Position numbers and translations under genes: made by a program. Under the pieces are notes generated by a model that worked only from the letters and a program-made list of their open reading frames with translations, made no database searches and had not been told where the DNA came from. From contig NC_068984.1 of the NCBI RefSeq assembly GCF_001194135.2, positions 101,784,247 through 101,848,246 on the forward strand: DNA of 64,000 nucleotides. The letters run 5' to 3'. Source of the stretch: Octopus bimaculoides (lineage: Eukaryota). Positions 1-13,554 of this stretch are shown one piece after another; the stretch's first letter is position 1, and the number at the start of each line of letters is the position of its first letter.

Positions 1-246
1 GCTTGTGCGGGTGGCACATAAAAGACACCATTTCGAGCGTGGCCGTTTTTGTGCGGGTGACACGTAAAAGCACCCACTACACTCTCTGAGTGGTTGGCGT
101 TAGGAAGGGCATCCAGCTGTAGAAACTCTGCCAAATTAGATTGGAGCCTGGTGTTGCCATCCGGTTTCACCAGTCCTCAGTCAAATCGTCCAACCCATGC
201 TAGCATGGAAAGCGGACGTTAAACGATGATGATGATGATGATGATG
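1..246 (+). mobile_element. RTE LINE 3' end (or derived SINE) with (GAT)n tail
   Basis: Matches the 3' UTR of the 11846-13475 element; ends in ACGTTAAAC(GAT)n. Confidence 0.8.
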
Positions 247-1061
247 ATTATTATTTGTAATTATTTTTTTATGTATTTCTACCTAACACCTCTTCCATCC
301 TGACCTACTCTTATTTTCCTTTACCCTTCTCCATCCTGAAATACACCATCGATTACTCCTCCACCCATGTTCACAATACATTGCAATCACCTCTTTCCTC
401 GTCTCTATTGTTTCTCACTCTCCTTTCACATTCCTGTGAACCCATCCTTGATTCTGTATCCCTCTTTTCTCTTTATCTACCTTTTTATACCTTGAGGGTA
501 TGTTTTCACACATCATTTCCACCATCTGTTCTCCCTTTCCTGATGGGGTATCCTCATAGATTCTCTACAGCAAGACACCTGGTTTTTGTCTGTCTGTCAT
601 ACGTTAGCCTCTCCACCAAGGACAGTGCTACCTGTTTCAATGCTGCACTACCACTCAGTCAAGTGGTTTTGTCTTGCAAGTTACTTGGTGACCTCTCTAG
701 TGCCAGTACTCTGAAAAAAAAAAGCACCCAGTACATTCTATAAAGTGATTAGCATTAGAAAGGGTATCCACCTGTAGAAATATTGCCAATGCAGACATTG
801 AAGTCCAACACAGTCCTCTGGCTTGCTGGATCCTGTTGAACTGTCCAACCCATACTAGCCTGGAATATGGATGCTAAATGATGACTTCTTTTTTTTTTTT
901 GTAGGCTCACTTCATATCAAATAAACTTAACTGAACAGAAATCAGATAATAAGCTTCCATTAGAGGTTGTATGTCAGTTAAAATTACATCCCAACTCCTC
1001 CACTTTCATTTTTCTAGTCATTTAACTTTTAATATTTTACTCTGAACTGTTTTGTTCCTTA

Positions 1062-2305
1062 TGAAGGTGAGTTGAAAAGTTTGTAGACTATCTATGAAGG
1101 AATGGTGCTAGGGCTGTGAAATCTTGCATGCATTATTCCAACTCTTCTTAATAACTGCATCTTTTTCATTCCAGGTTAAATTGACACCTGACTGTTCAAA
1201 AAAAGATTTCAAAAGTAATTAGTAATGCCTTCTCCTAAAAACGGACAAAATTTGGCATTGTGGGGTTATCAAGTACCTGTAGAAAAAGGGTCTGGCCCCC
1301 AAGGACATACATGCTGACATTGCTGTGACATTAGGGGATGACACTCTAGCTTTATCAAAAGTGGGCAGCTGAATTTAGGAAAAGGTGAAAGAGTCTTGAA
1401 GATGACCCAAAGTTTGGACGTTCTGCAGCTGACACCACTGAGGAAAACATTGATAGTGTTCACTACATGGTAATGGATGATAGGTGATTGACTATAAATC
1501 AAATCCTGTGAGAGTTGAGAATATTTTTCACAATGAACTTGGCATGATGAGGGCTTCTGCTCAGTGGGTGCTACGTCTTCTGACACTTGATCAAAAGTAC
1601 ATAAGGTTAATCACATCACAGGAAAATCTGACATTGTTTGAGGCAAATTTGGCTGGTTTCCTTGAACATTTCATCACTTTGAGCCAGAGACGGAAAGGTA
1701 ATTCATGCAGAAGAAACACCCCCTCCTCACCTGCTTCAAAGAAGACCAAAGTTATTTCATCTGCAGATAAGGTGATGGCCTCAGTTTTTTGAAATGCAAA
1801 CGGCATTGTGTTTAATGACTATCTTGAAAAAGAGCCTCACCATCAATGGGAAGTACTATGCCAACTTGCTGAGGCAGTTACAAAAGGCTATGAAGGCTAA
1901 ACATTCAGGAAAACTAATGAAAGGGATCTTGTTTCATCAGGACACTATTCCAGCACACAAGTTCTTGCTTTCAATGGCTGCTGTACATGACTGTGGCTTT
2001 GAACTGGTTGATCAGCCTCCCTATTCACCTGTTTGGCCCCATCTGACTATCATCTGTTCCCCAACATGAAAAAAAACCCCACTTGGTTGGGAACCAGTAT
2101 CACAGTAATGATGATATCATATCTGCTGTTGATGACTTTTTTGACCGACAGTATGAAAACTTCTTCACCAATGGAAACCAAGCACTGCAACACCGATGAA
2201 AGAAGTGTGTGGACTGCAAGGAGGACTATTTTGAAAATAAATCTCATTCAGTCACTTTCCATGAGAATATCTTGGTCAATCTATGCACTTTTTAGCTGAC
2301 CTTCA
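1062..2305 (+). mobile_element. Mariner transposon, full length but degenerate
   Basis: Imperfect TIRs (TGAAGGTGAGTTGAAAAGT / reverse complement TGAAGGTCAGCTAAAAAGT) with TA flanks. Transposase relics WVLRLL, FHQDTIPAH, PPYSP and APSDYHLFPNMKK. Confidence 0.9.
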
Positions 2306-2970
2306 TATGAAACATTGGTTTAGGATAAAGGTAGAGTACTTACAATATTTTGTCTATTGAAAATATCCTCCAGGGCTGACAACCTTGTCTCCCATAACAG
2401 CACAGGAAGTCACTATACACCTCCAAGGAAACAATCCTTGCATTATACACTCCTGGGGCCTCACTACAGGATTTCTCTTGAAAAATGGCACATCAACTCA
2501 GAAAAGACATCACATTAATTAACTTTTTTCAGAGCTCAGCCAGCCCTCACCCAACTACTAACCCTCTATGAAGCTCAAGTGGAAAGAGGCTGCTGCTTGA
2601 CACATGCGTCATAAACTATATACAAAGGATGACCACTTGAATGATCTCATGAAATTGCTCCAACCTCAGCCAGCAGCTGTTCTTTCTCATTTGTCAGCTT
2701 TTGCAACTGTAACCATAGATCTTTGGAGCTAACTGGTCTTATGTTACTTCTACCACCCCTCAGACATTTCCAACTCATCTATTCTCCTTTTGTCTTCACC
2801 CAGTCTTTCCTCCTCAGATTGTCCCTCCTCTGGAATTTTTTCCTTGTATATTATTCCTGCAGCTGTCAATTTATGACAATTCAGAAGACCTGCAAAAGCC
2901 ATAACTCCTTTTTCAATCCAGATAAGACCAAATCAATTAGGTATTTATAATAAGCTTTTATATATATATA

Positions 2971-2971
<1 letters not shown>

Positions 2972-3058
<87 letters not shown>
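2972..3058 (+). repeat. (CA)n microsatellite; one of many (CA)n/(TA)n/(GA)n tracts
   Basis: Direct reading of the sequence. Confidence 0.95.
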
Positions 3059-3061
<3 letters not shown>

Positions 3062-3212
3062 CCATGGTCAAAAGTTTGGAAAATGTAAAAAAAAATCAAA
3101 ATTGTTATACCCAAGTACAATTCGATTCAAATATATAGAACGTATATATTTGGGCATTTAATATAAAAATTCTAATTTTCAGACCTATGTTCCAAACTTT
3201 TGGCCATGACTG
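3057..3212. mobile_element. Tc1-like MITE
   Basis: TIR CATGG(T/C)CAAAAGTTTGGAA at both ends, embedded in CA/TA repeats. Confidence 0.7.
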
Positions 3213-3221
3213 TGTATGTAT

Positions 3222-3258
<37 letters not shown>

Positions 3259-6200
3259 TTTTATAGTGAGTAAAAATGGAATACATCTTTTATATTGATG
3301 AATCTTTATTAAGTTCAACAACAGTAACATTAAATAAAAAAATACAAGGAAGAATAAATATATCTGAAATGCAGTCCTAGCTGAAAGAGAAATGGTTAAG
3401 AAAGAATAAATGGGGGTGAGAAGTTAGGGTAGCTAAGATATGTCAGAATATATATTTTATACAATAGTGAAATATGCTGTACTCATTTTTTTTTCCTTTT
3501 AATGTCAAGAATTTTAGAAGACAAAATAATATTAACTGTATTAAAAAATGTTTTTTCCTTTAAGTAAAATAAATAACTTATTGAAAACTATTTATAATTT
3601 GTGGTAGATGGAGATAGAAGATATTGATTATCAGCTGGACAGATATTAGGGGGTTCATAGGAATTGGGATATCACATGGTGAAATACGTCAAAGAAAAGT
3701 CAAAGATATAATTGCTATATATATATATATCGTATATGGTATGTTTAGTGTGTAACTGTAACAACCTCTATATGTATAGGGATGTATTTACTGTGTATTA
3801 TTTATTGTAGCAGTATCTACATATGAAGTAAGTTGATCTGAGATCATCTGTTGAAACTAAAATAATAACAGTGTGCAAGAGCAATGAAAGTCATAGCACA
3901 TACCATTATATGCAGTTTTTTCTTAATTTTTGATAGCATTTATAATATCAGCCATCAAAAGTTTTCACTGTGTACTTATAATTGCACTGCATCTATATAA
4001 TGATAGCAGCCATGACTCATCTATAATGTGTGTGCACATGTTGGTATATTAAGGGTAGCCATCCTCTGTCTGTGTGTGTATTGTGGCTGAAGTTAAAAAT
4101 ATACATGGATATATTAGTTTAAATTGCATTATAGTATCAATTACAAATAGGCTTCTTTTTTTTTTTTTTAACTTTCTATCGGTATAAATAAATATTTAAG
4201 ATAAGGCCTTGAATGTCAAATTGAATATTAAAGTTAATTCAGCGTTTTAAATCACATAGCAATAGTAACTTCACACCTAATTATTTCTGTGGAATTTTCT
4301 TTCTAAGGTTATTTTTATTTGTGAACAGTTGATGCTTAAGATGGGGGACATCTCTCACCAACACTTTTCATAGTCTCACAGAAAAAGGAAATGTGTTTCA
4401 AATTCTACAATATCTAGCTGTACCCAAAAGGACATGACAGTATTAACAGATGCTGATACTGGGATATATAGAAAATAATGAAATAATGAGATAATTGGTG
4501 ATATACTGTGCAATGAACAAACTATGGAAAAATGAACAATAATGATGATACTGTAAGGAATGTAGCAATAAACAAATCTAAAGACCTGGGCATCAACAAT
4601 GCAAAAATAATATTCCTGAAGATTTATCTTCATATAGTGTGTTGAAGCCATGTCAATGAAGTACAACAGTCTTTTATTGCCATATTGGAGAAAATGAACT
4701 CAGCAATGAAAGCCTGAAAAACCACTTGTATACAATATTGTAATTATAGCGATGAGGAGCTGTGCCTCCTATAGTACTTATTGACAACAGGATGAACTGG
4801 GCATTACATTAAGAAAATTAAATACCTTGGCCAGATTCTAAAATCTGAACTGCAAATTATAAGATGAAATTTACTATTTATGCTTACTTCAGCATAATTC
4901 ACCATAATCAAATGTTTATATTGTATTTCAATTAAGCAAGCAAATGAAAGGTGTATTGATAACTAATAAATGCTAATTTACACCACTTTTGGGACTCACT
5001 ATATTCAAGTATATTGTTATGCTATGACCACTATCCTCCTTGAATATATTGTACTAATAAAAAAATCACAATTTTATAAATTATGTGATAAAATGTAACA
5101 TCAGGAAAAAAATGGGTGTTAAATTTTTTTAAGGCACAACACCCAGAATTATGTTTCAAGAAAAACTAAAAGATGTTTTTTTTCTCCATTTAGGACTAAT
5201 ATATATAGTTTCTAAGATTTAAAACTATATTCAAATATCCTTGGAATATATTTCTGTAAGTCCTTTCTAGGATCAAGAAAGAAGAATCACGACCAGGTTC
5301 CCACCATGTTTACTTTACGGTTACATTTCCAACAAACCCTATTCCTCCAGCAACCACTACACTAGATAATTCACTCTCAAATTTTGATCAGAAACAGGAC
5401 ACTGTGACCATCAAAGAGAGATGTATGATCAGTGTCTAGCTCATTAATATTTGACAAGTTAGCAAGGGTTGTTTAGTTCTGAAAAATGTAGGTTTTCACA
5501 AGTATTTCTGGAGCAGATATTTTCAGTTGAATTGTTTTCCAGCACTAATCATTTAACCACAAAATGAGAAAACAATCTAATTCCAGTTCACTTAACCAAG
5601 GCAGGATAATAAGCACAAAAATTGTGGAAGAATTTGAACACATAATGGTCACTATTTAAGTATTCTAACCAGTCAGTTACTTGAACTAATTGCTAAATAA
5701 ATGAAAATATAAGTTTGGATTTTAGTAATTCCATAAAAATACCCCATAAGTTTGAAAGACAAGCATCTTGGTTACAAGAAATATAGCTCCAGTGTCTGAT
5801 GTCCAGAAGGATTTTCAAAATAGATGACAGTTACATACAAAACTTTGAATTTTTAGAGGGTTTGTTGTTGCTTAATCCCCTTCCAAGACATCCCTAATTG
5901 AGCAGATTTATGGTTGAAGAAATTCTCACAGTGATCATTCCGTATGTTTGTATATCCAAGACAGCATTATCCGATGTGTCCATTTTTAAAGACAATCTGG
6001 GACTGAGGGAGATTTACCTACTATTTCTAGCAGAGTAACCAAGTGGTAATATAAGACTGACATTCATGCCTCTATATCAAGGCTGTTAGCAACATAAGTG
6101 AAGTGAAATTACAAACAAGAAATTTTAAAAAGTAGCAAACCTCCCCAACAAATTACCTCCACACTGCTGTATGTAAAATTCAATAACATAACTGTGTGAA

Positions 6201-8352
6201 AAGTGTCTGCCCTACAAATATATTTCAATCAACAACCGTCATAAATATAATGATTACATTGGTTTTGATTTGTTTCCAGTTTAAAGTAAAATAGACTGGA
6301 ACAGTATATACATGACAATTACTATAATATAGCCCTATGTATTCATAGAATATATACATGAATAGGAAGAAAAGGAGATTCCAGTGACTTATTTTGTCTG
6401 CTAATGGCAACTATAGATCCAGCAAAAGAATAATTATTTTTAATCATCCTAAAACCCATCACTGACCCACCACACACAGACACATTTTTATGCTAATGAG
6501 ACTCAGAGTGTGTGTATGTGCATATCTGCCATACTCCTGGGAGCAACTTGCATATATGTAAACACACACATACATACACAAAGCAGAGAAAATAAAAGAA
6601 ATATTATAGAAGAAAGTATGCACAGAGAAAGAAAGAAGGCATTGGTAGAGGAGGAAAGAAGTTTCCAAATGAACCAGATGCAGAGAGGATGCTACAGTGA
6701 CTGAGCACATTAGCAGCAGAATCAAAGATGACAGGAAAATTAACTATGTATGGGTACACACAATACAACCTGACTAACAGTTGCACTGAAGCTGAAATTG
6801 AAGCAATCAGCAACAACATGTTCATTAGGGCCTGTGCAACCAGAAACTACTTGATAGAGTTTCAGAGCATGAAACAACATTGCATTCCCAATGCCACTTG
6901 AAAGGCAAATATAACCATGCATACATGTTGCATCTGTGTGCACATGTCAATGTATGTGTGTTATAATCATGATGGTGTATTTGTGAGTGTTGTTATCTGC
7001 AAAATTAGATTTCCAAATTAAATATTCTAACAAAACATATCAATTTCTAGATGATCCTTTCTGTGTGGGGGGGTTAAGTTGTGCCTTAGAAGAAGATATA
7101 CTGGAGAGGTTTCATATTGTTATCATCAGCTGGGCAGAATAAATAAACACTTTATAAGCAAGAGAAGTGTTATTCAAGCCTTTCTGAAGAACATAACAAA
7201 TTATCCGTTAAGTGAAATTACTGAGTGGAAGCCAATGCATTGATTGGGACACCATAAACTTACTTGTTTTCTGGTGGTTCACATTATTAACAATAGATAG
7301 ATAGATTAAAATAAGAAAAAGAAAAATCAAAACATTTGGCAGCACTCGAAAACGTTTAATTTAGGTTTAGGTAGAGAATATGAACATATATGTTTATATT
7401 CTCCACCTAAATTAAATATTTCCTTTTTTGAATTATGCCAAATGTTTATATATACATATATATANNNNNNNNNNNNNNNNNNNNNNNNNNNNNNNNNNNN
7501 NNNNNNNNNNNNNNNNNNNNNNNNNNNNNNNNNNNNNNNNNNNNNNNNNNNNNNNNNNNNNNNNNNNNNNNNNNNNNNNNNNNNNNNNNNNNNNNNNNNN
7601 NNNNNNNNNNNNNNNNNNNNNNNNNNNNNNNNNNNNNNNNNNNNNNNNNNNNNNNNNNNNNNNNNNNNNNNNNNNNNNNNNNNNNNNNNNNNNNNNNNNN
7701 NNNNNNNNNNNNNNNNNNNNNNNNNNNNNNNNNNNNNNNNNNNNNNNNNNNNNNNNNNNNNNNNNNNNNNNNNNNNNNNNNNNNNNNNNNNNNNNNNNNN
7801 NNNNNNNNNNNNNNNNNNNNNNNNNNNNNNNNNNNNNNNNNNNNNNNNNNNNNNNNNNNNNNNNNNNNNNNNNNNNNNNNNNNNNNNNNNNNNNNNNNNN
7901 NNNNNNNNNNNNNNNNNNNNNNNNNNNNNNNNNNNNNNNNNATATATATATATATACAAAGCAAGTGACTCACGTTATTAATTATCTGTTATGTTGCTAA
8001 GTTAAGAATGATGGTTTTGTGTGTGCATTATATATGTATAATGGTATCTATCTTTGCAAAAGGCCAATATTATGTATTATTCAGCCATCCTTCACAATCA
8101 AATATGATTCAATAGCAGTATGCATCAATATCTTTATCCCTGTTTTAGGTAACTGGACAGTGATAAGATATAGACACCCTCTGAACTCTGAACCCTGCAT
8201 CCCTGACTCAGCAGAACCTCAAAAGTTGTGACAGTGTTGGGAGAGAAGGCTGCATCCCAGAACTTTATTATATCAATCCCAGAAGGATTAAAAGCAAAGC
8301 TGTGTGTGTTGGTATATATCTTAAGGCTGTTTATAAGTCATTTTGTTTATTA

Positions 8353-8581
8353 AATAATAATAATAATGGTTTCAAATTTTGGCACAAGGCCAGCAGGTTC
8401 AGGAAAGAGGTAAGTCAATTACATTGATCCCAGTGATCAACTGGCATTTATTTTATTGACCTTGAAAGGATGAAAGACAAAGTCAACCTTGGCAGAATTT
8501 GAACTCTGAACATAAAGATGGATGAAATACCACTAAAGCATTTTGCCTGGTGTGCTAATGATTCTGCCAGGTCACCACCTT
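8353..8581 (-). mobile_element. SINE in the putative MYLIP 3' UTR
   Basis: Same family as ~14990-15205, 36600-36790, 37960-38165, 50833-51035 and 61215-61425; (TTA)n tail. Confidence 0.75.
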
Positions 8582-8707
8582 CATTAATACACATAATAAA
8601 CCTAATAATAATAATAGTAATAATAATATACAACTGTTTGTAGTTCTGTCAATAAGATGACGAATTTTGGAGGTTAAAAAAAAAAACTGAAGCAGATCAT
8701 CATGTCA

Positions 8708-8941
8708 TCAGGAATCTTCATCGGAGTTATTGGCTGTAAAGTTATCAAAGGGCAAGTAAATTTTTTGAATTCTTATGATTTTTTCTCGACAGAGAGGACA
8801 TTCTTTGATATGAGGTGCACAGACTCTGCAGCAGACAAGATGGCCACATGGACACAGAACTGTTGAGATATTTGCATTCATGCAGATTCGACATGTTAAA
8901 GAGTCCTTCACTGTTTGAACTGTATTTCTAAGACTGCTCAC
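8708..8941 (-). CDS. MYLIP: MYLIP/IDOL last coding exon (RING finger)
   Basis: VSSLRNTVQTVKDSLTCRICMNANISTVLCPCGHLVCCRVCAPHIKECPLCR...stop: IAP/IDOL-type C3HC4 RING. TTTTGTCTTTTAG acceptor, phase 0; TGA at 8710-8708. Confidence 0.95.
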   Translation of the reverse strand: MSSLRNTVQTVKDSLTCRICMNANISTVLCPCGHLVCCRVCAPHIKECPLCREKIIRIQKIYLPFDNFTANNSDEDS

Positions 8942-9751
8942 CTAAAAGACAAAAACAAAAAACAATTTGATTACTAAATTGTGTTTCTTTACAATACAGG
9001 GATATAATGGAAACACAGGGTTATAATACAATGTGAAGTGTCAGTGACAAATGAAGAAAGGCTTTGATGTTTTATCATACATACTTAGGTAATTGCTAAA
9101 ATAGGGTCCCACTAAGGTAAGCAAGGGTGTAGTTGATTATCTCAACTAACATACCTCCCTTTTCCTGCCCTTAATACATTCATTCTTTCATTTTCAACAA
9201 CACAACCACTTGAGCCAGAATCTACTATCATATTTCTGACTACTTCTACTCATCTGATTTACTATATTGTATACAGTTGTCCATGCCCAACAAATAAGTT
9301 AGGCTAGTTGTGACCAGGGAAATTGCTTCAATGAGCACCAGTTGGATGCCTGTAGGAATGTCCTTGGTCTTCTGAAGCCCTGTGGCTTGTGACTTCAACT
9401 CTTCTAAATACCTCTCCACATTTGGAGTTCACAAACATTAGTATTCAATCGCAACCTACCAAGTCAGCAAACAATAGCTCATTTTTCAACTAGGTACTTC
9501 AAACTATAATGGTATAGATATTTGCCTAGGCATGGCTGTGTGGTTACGGAAGCTTGCTACTCAGCCACATGGTTTTGGGTTCAGTCCCACTGCATGACAT
9601 CTTAGGCAACTGTCTTTTGCTATGGCCTCACTCTGACCAAAGCCTTGTGATTGAATTTGGTAGGCGAAAGTTCATGTCATATGTGTAAAAATACTTGTGC
9701 CTCCTTTAATAGATAGGACAAAAATTCTTTTAATTTCACCTTCCTGCCCCA

Positions 9752-10225
9752 CATCATCATCATCATCATTTAACGTCCGTTGTCCATGCTGGCATGGGTT
9801 GGACAGTTTGACTGGGCTGGCACATTGGAAAGCTGCACCAGACATCAGTATGATTTGGCATGGTTTTCTATGGCTGGATGCCCTTCCTAATGCCAACCAC
9901 TGAGGGTGTAATGGGTGCTTTTATGTGCCACCGGTATAGGTGCCATTTGCATGACACCAGGGTGCATTTACATACCACTGGCATGGGTGTCAATTTGCAT
10001 GACACTGATATCTGCCACAACTGTGATTTTGTTCAGCTTGATGGGTCTTCTTCTCAAGCATGATATAATGCCAAAGGTCTTGATCATTGCCTCTGTGAGG
10101 CCCAATGCTCGAAAGAAACTCAGCCACTTTGCCTCCATGAGGCCCAACGCTTGAGAGGAACTCAGCCACTTTGCCTCTCTGAGGCCCAATGTTCAAAAGA
10201 TGTTCTTTATGTGCCACCAGCACAG
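9752..10225 (-). mobile_element. RTE LINE 3' fragment with a local 42-bp tandem expansion
   Basis: (CAT)n tail at 9752, DLWHYIMLEK C-terminal relic, ~2.5 copies of gaggcccaa...actcagccactttgcctc. Confidence 0.75.
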
Positions 10226-10606
10226 GTGCACCACAAAAAATAAAAGAACTTTTTCATCTTATTGTCATGTATTTTTATTTCTTTGTAACTGTTTTTCTGC
10301 TTGTCACTCGTTAACTACACTGCAAATCTTCCTCACACCAATCACTATGCACACAATGCACTAATGGGGTATTTTATTATCTTTCAGCTTACAAAGTTTG
10401 GGGTCATTTTTGAAAATTTGACAACTGAAATAACTTCTGAAGATTCCAACAAATCTTTTTAAAAATTAATTTCAAAATTTAGCCCTTTTGACACCAGCCT
10501 GACCAAAATCACCATACCCTTGTTAGTTTGATATAAGACCTCAAGTTTTGAAGTGTTCATATTTCAGTTAAAAATCTAACAAATTTATGGAAAAATCTTT
10601 TCTTAA

Positions 10607-10809
10607 CCCTTTAGCATTCAAACCAGCCATATATGGCCCAAATATTCTACCTCTTATGTTCAAACTGCCAGAACCTTGTCTCTTACAAAATTTTAAAAAA
10701 TACAATTACATCATTGCAATATCAAAGTTACAAGATATTGCATGATTAATTCAAAACAATGTAAATAAATAAGCATCAAATTTATCAGAGTAATTTGAAT
10801 GCTGAAGCG
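10607..10809. mobile_element. TTAA-flanked (piggyBac-type) MITE
   Basis: TTAA-CCCTTTAGCATTCAAA...TTTGAATGCTGAAGCG-TTAA; related copy at 34232-34451. Confidence 0.75.
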
Positions 10810-10873
10810 TTAAGTTATGTTCCAAGTACCAAGTTAATTATAAAGTTATTTTACTTAATCCTACCAAATCCTT

Positions 10874-11222
10874 CATCATCATCATCATCGTTTAACGTCC
10901 GCTTTCCATGCTAGCATGGGTTGGACAATTTGACTGAGGACTGGTGAACCAGGCTCCAATCTGATTTGGCAGAGTTTCTACAGCTGGATGCCCTTCCTAA
11001 CGCCAACCACTCCGAGAGTGTAGTGGGTGCTTTTACATGCCACCAGCACGAAGGCCAGTCAGGCGGTATTGGCAACAGCCACGCTCAAAATGGTGTCTTT
11101 TACGTGCCACCTGCCCGGGAGCCAGTCCAGCGGCACTGGCAACGATCTCGCTCGAATGTCCTTACATGTGCCACCGGCACAAGTGCCAGGGCACAGGTGC
11201 CATCACGATTTTGCTTTCAGTG
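10874..11222 (-). mobile_element. RTE LINE 3' UTR copy (young subfamily)
   Basis: (CAT)n tail; close match to 1-246 and to 18260-18606. Confidence 0.85.
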
Positions 11223-11310
11223 TTTTCAAAATTAATTGGAAATGTATTTCATTAAAATTATTTTTTCAAAAGTATTAANNNNNNNNNNNNNTATATATAT
11301 ATATATATAT

Positions 11311-11696
11311 ATGGATGTAGACAGTTGCATATGGAAGTACTGATCAGAGTGGATGGAACTTGTGAAAGAGGGTCACTCAGAAAAACATGGAACGAAGTAT
11401 TGAAGGCTGATCTCAAGATATTGAGCCTTATGAAGGAGATAATTAAGGACTGAGACATCTGGTACATTGCTGTACTCAAGAAGACCCGTATGCCACAGCA
11501 GAATTGATATTGGTGCCACATAAAAAAAGCACCCAGTACACTCTGTGGAGTGGTTGGCATTAAGAAAGACATCCAGCCATAGAAACCATGTCAGAACAGA
11601 CAAGGAGCCTACTGTGGCGCCTGGCCTTACAAGCTCTGGTCAAACTAGCCAACCCATGCCAGCATGCAAAAAGGGATGTTAAATAATGATGATGAT
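11311..11696 (+). mobile_element. RTE LINE 3' end (older subfamily)
   Basis: DGTCERGSLRKTW relic followed by 3' UTR and (GAT)n tail. Confidence 0.75.
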
Positions 11697-11845
11697 GTTT
11701 TTATATGAAACAAGGCTACTCAAAGCAAAACAAAAAGCTCTGAATTCATTATAATCATTCAAATAGTGAATGTAGTTCACTTTATTTTGAGAAATGACTG
11801 TCTCAAAAAACACTGATATGAAATGAATTATAATAAAATGTATGA

Positions 11846-13475
11846 CATCATCTGGCATGGGTTGGACGGTTTGACTGAGGACTGGTCAGCCAGAAGGCTG
11901 CACCAGGCTCAATCTGATCTGGCAAAGTTTCTACAGCTGGATGCCCTTCCTAACGCCAACCACTCCAAGTGTAGTGGGTGCTTTTACGTGCCACCAGAAC
12001 GAGGGCCAGTCTGGCGTTTCTGGCAATGACCACGCTCAAAAAGTGTTCAATACGTGCTACTTGCATGGGAGCCAGTCTGGCGGCACTGGCAACGACCATG
12101 CTCAAATGTTGTTTTTCACATGCCACTGGCACATGTACCGGTTAAGCAACACTGGCAATGATCACGCTCAAATGGTGCTTTTTACGTGCCACCGGTACGA
12201 GAGCCAATCCGTGGCCCTGGCAATGATCGCGCTTGGATGTGCTTTTAACATTCCACTGGCATGAGTGCCAAACAGGCGGTACTGTCATCGACCACGTCAG
12301 CGATTTTGATTTTACTTGCCTCAAAAGGTCTTTGCAAGCAAAGTTTATTGTCCAATGAATGAGGGGTATTCATAAGTGGGCTGGTTACACCCACTGGCAT
12401 AGGCCACGGGCTATGTTCTCACTTGGCTTGTCGGGTCTTCTCAAGCACAGCATATCTCCAAAGGTCTCGGTCACTAGTCATTGCTTTGGTAAAGCCCAAT
12501 GTTCGAAGGTTGTGCTTCACAACCTCATCCCAAGTTTTCCTGGGTGTACCTCTTCCACAGGTTCCCTCAACCGCTAGGGTGTGACACTTTTTCACGTGGC
12601 TGTCCTCATTCATTTGCAACACATGACTATATCAGTGCAGTTGTCTCTCTTGCACACCACATCTGATGCTTCGTAAATCCAACTTTTTTCTCAGGGTACT
12701 TGCACTCTGTCGTGTATGCACACTGACATTACACATCCAGCGGAGCATACTGGCTTCATTCCTTGCAAGCTTACACATGTCCTCAGCAGCCACAGCCCAT
12801 GTTTCACTGCCATGTAGCATGGCTGTTCGTACACATGCATCATACAGTCTACCTTTTACTCTGACCGAGAGGCCCTTTGTCACCAGCAGAGGTAAGAGCT
12901 CTCTGAACTTCGCCCAGGCCATTCTTATTGTAGCAGCTACACTTTCAGAGCATCCACCCCAGCTACTGACTTGGTCTCCTAGGTAACGGAAGCTATCAAC
13001 TACTTGTAGTTTTTCTCCCTGGAATGTGAGAGAAGCTGTTCTGTGCACATTTTCAGTGTTTATAGCACCTGGGCATTTGCCACATACAAAAACTATCTTC
13101 CTAGTTAGCCTTCCTTTAATATTACTGCACCTCTTATGTGTCCATAGCTTACACTGGGTACATCTTATGGAGTTTCTACCTATACCTTTTCTACAGATCG
13201 AGCAGGGCCATCTACCTGAAGGGATTTGTGGTTTGTCTGCCTTCCTACTTAGTAAGACTTTGGTTTTAGCTAAGTTGACTCTAAGGCCCTTTGATTCTAA
13301 TCCTTGCTTTCACACCTGAAACTTCTCCACTAGTTCTGATAGTTACTCAGCTATTAGAGCAAAGTCATAAGCATAGAGGAGCTCCTAGGGGCATCGTGTC
13401 TTGAATTCCTTTGTTATTGCTTGGAGGACTTTGATGAATAAACTGAGGACTGATCTTTGGTAGACCCCTACCCGG
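11846..13475 (-). mobile_element. RTE-clade LINE, 5'-truncated (RT 3' half, C-terminus, 3' UTR), degenerate
   Basis: GVYQRSVLS, LYAYD (YADD), FRYLG, LYDACVRTAMLHGSETW, GRGTPRKTW and DRDLWR motifs with in-frame stops. The 3' UTR carries ~55-60 bp tandem units. Confidence 0.9.
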
Positions 13476-13554
13476 AATATGTAAAAGATATTAATGAACT
13501 CAGGCTGAATGATTCCAAAAAACAACAGGTTTATTCTTTTGAGACACAAAAAAA

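Noticed and set aside
6510-6900. Coding-looking purine-rich stretch
   Set aside because: It contains stops and only weakly resembles a LINE endonuclease (YNLTNSCTEAEIE); too degraded to call.
7327-8000. Long ORFs in the track (also 15598-16357, 33561-34147, 63384-63971)
   Set aside because: They are X-runs across N gaps flanked by microsatellites.
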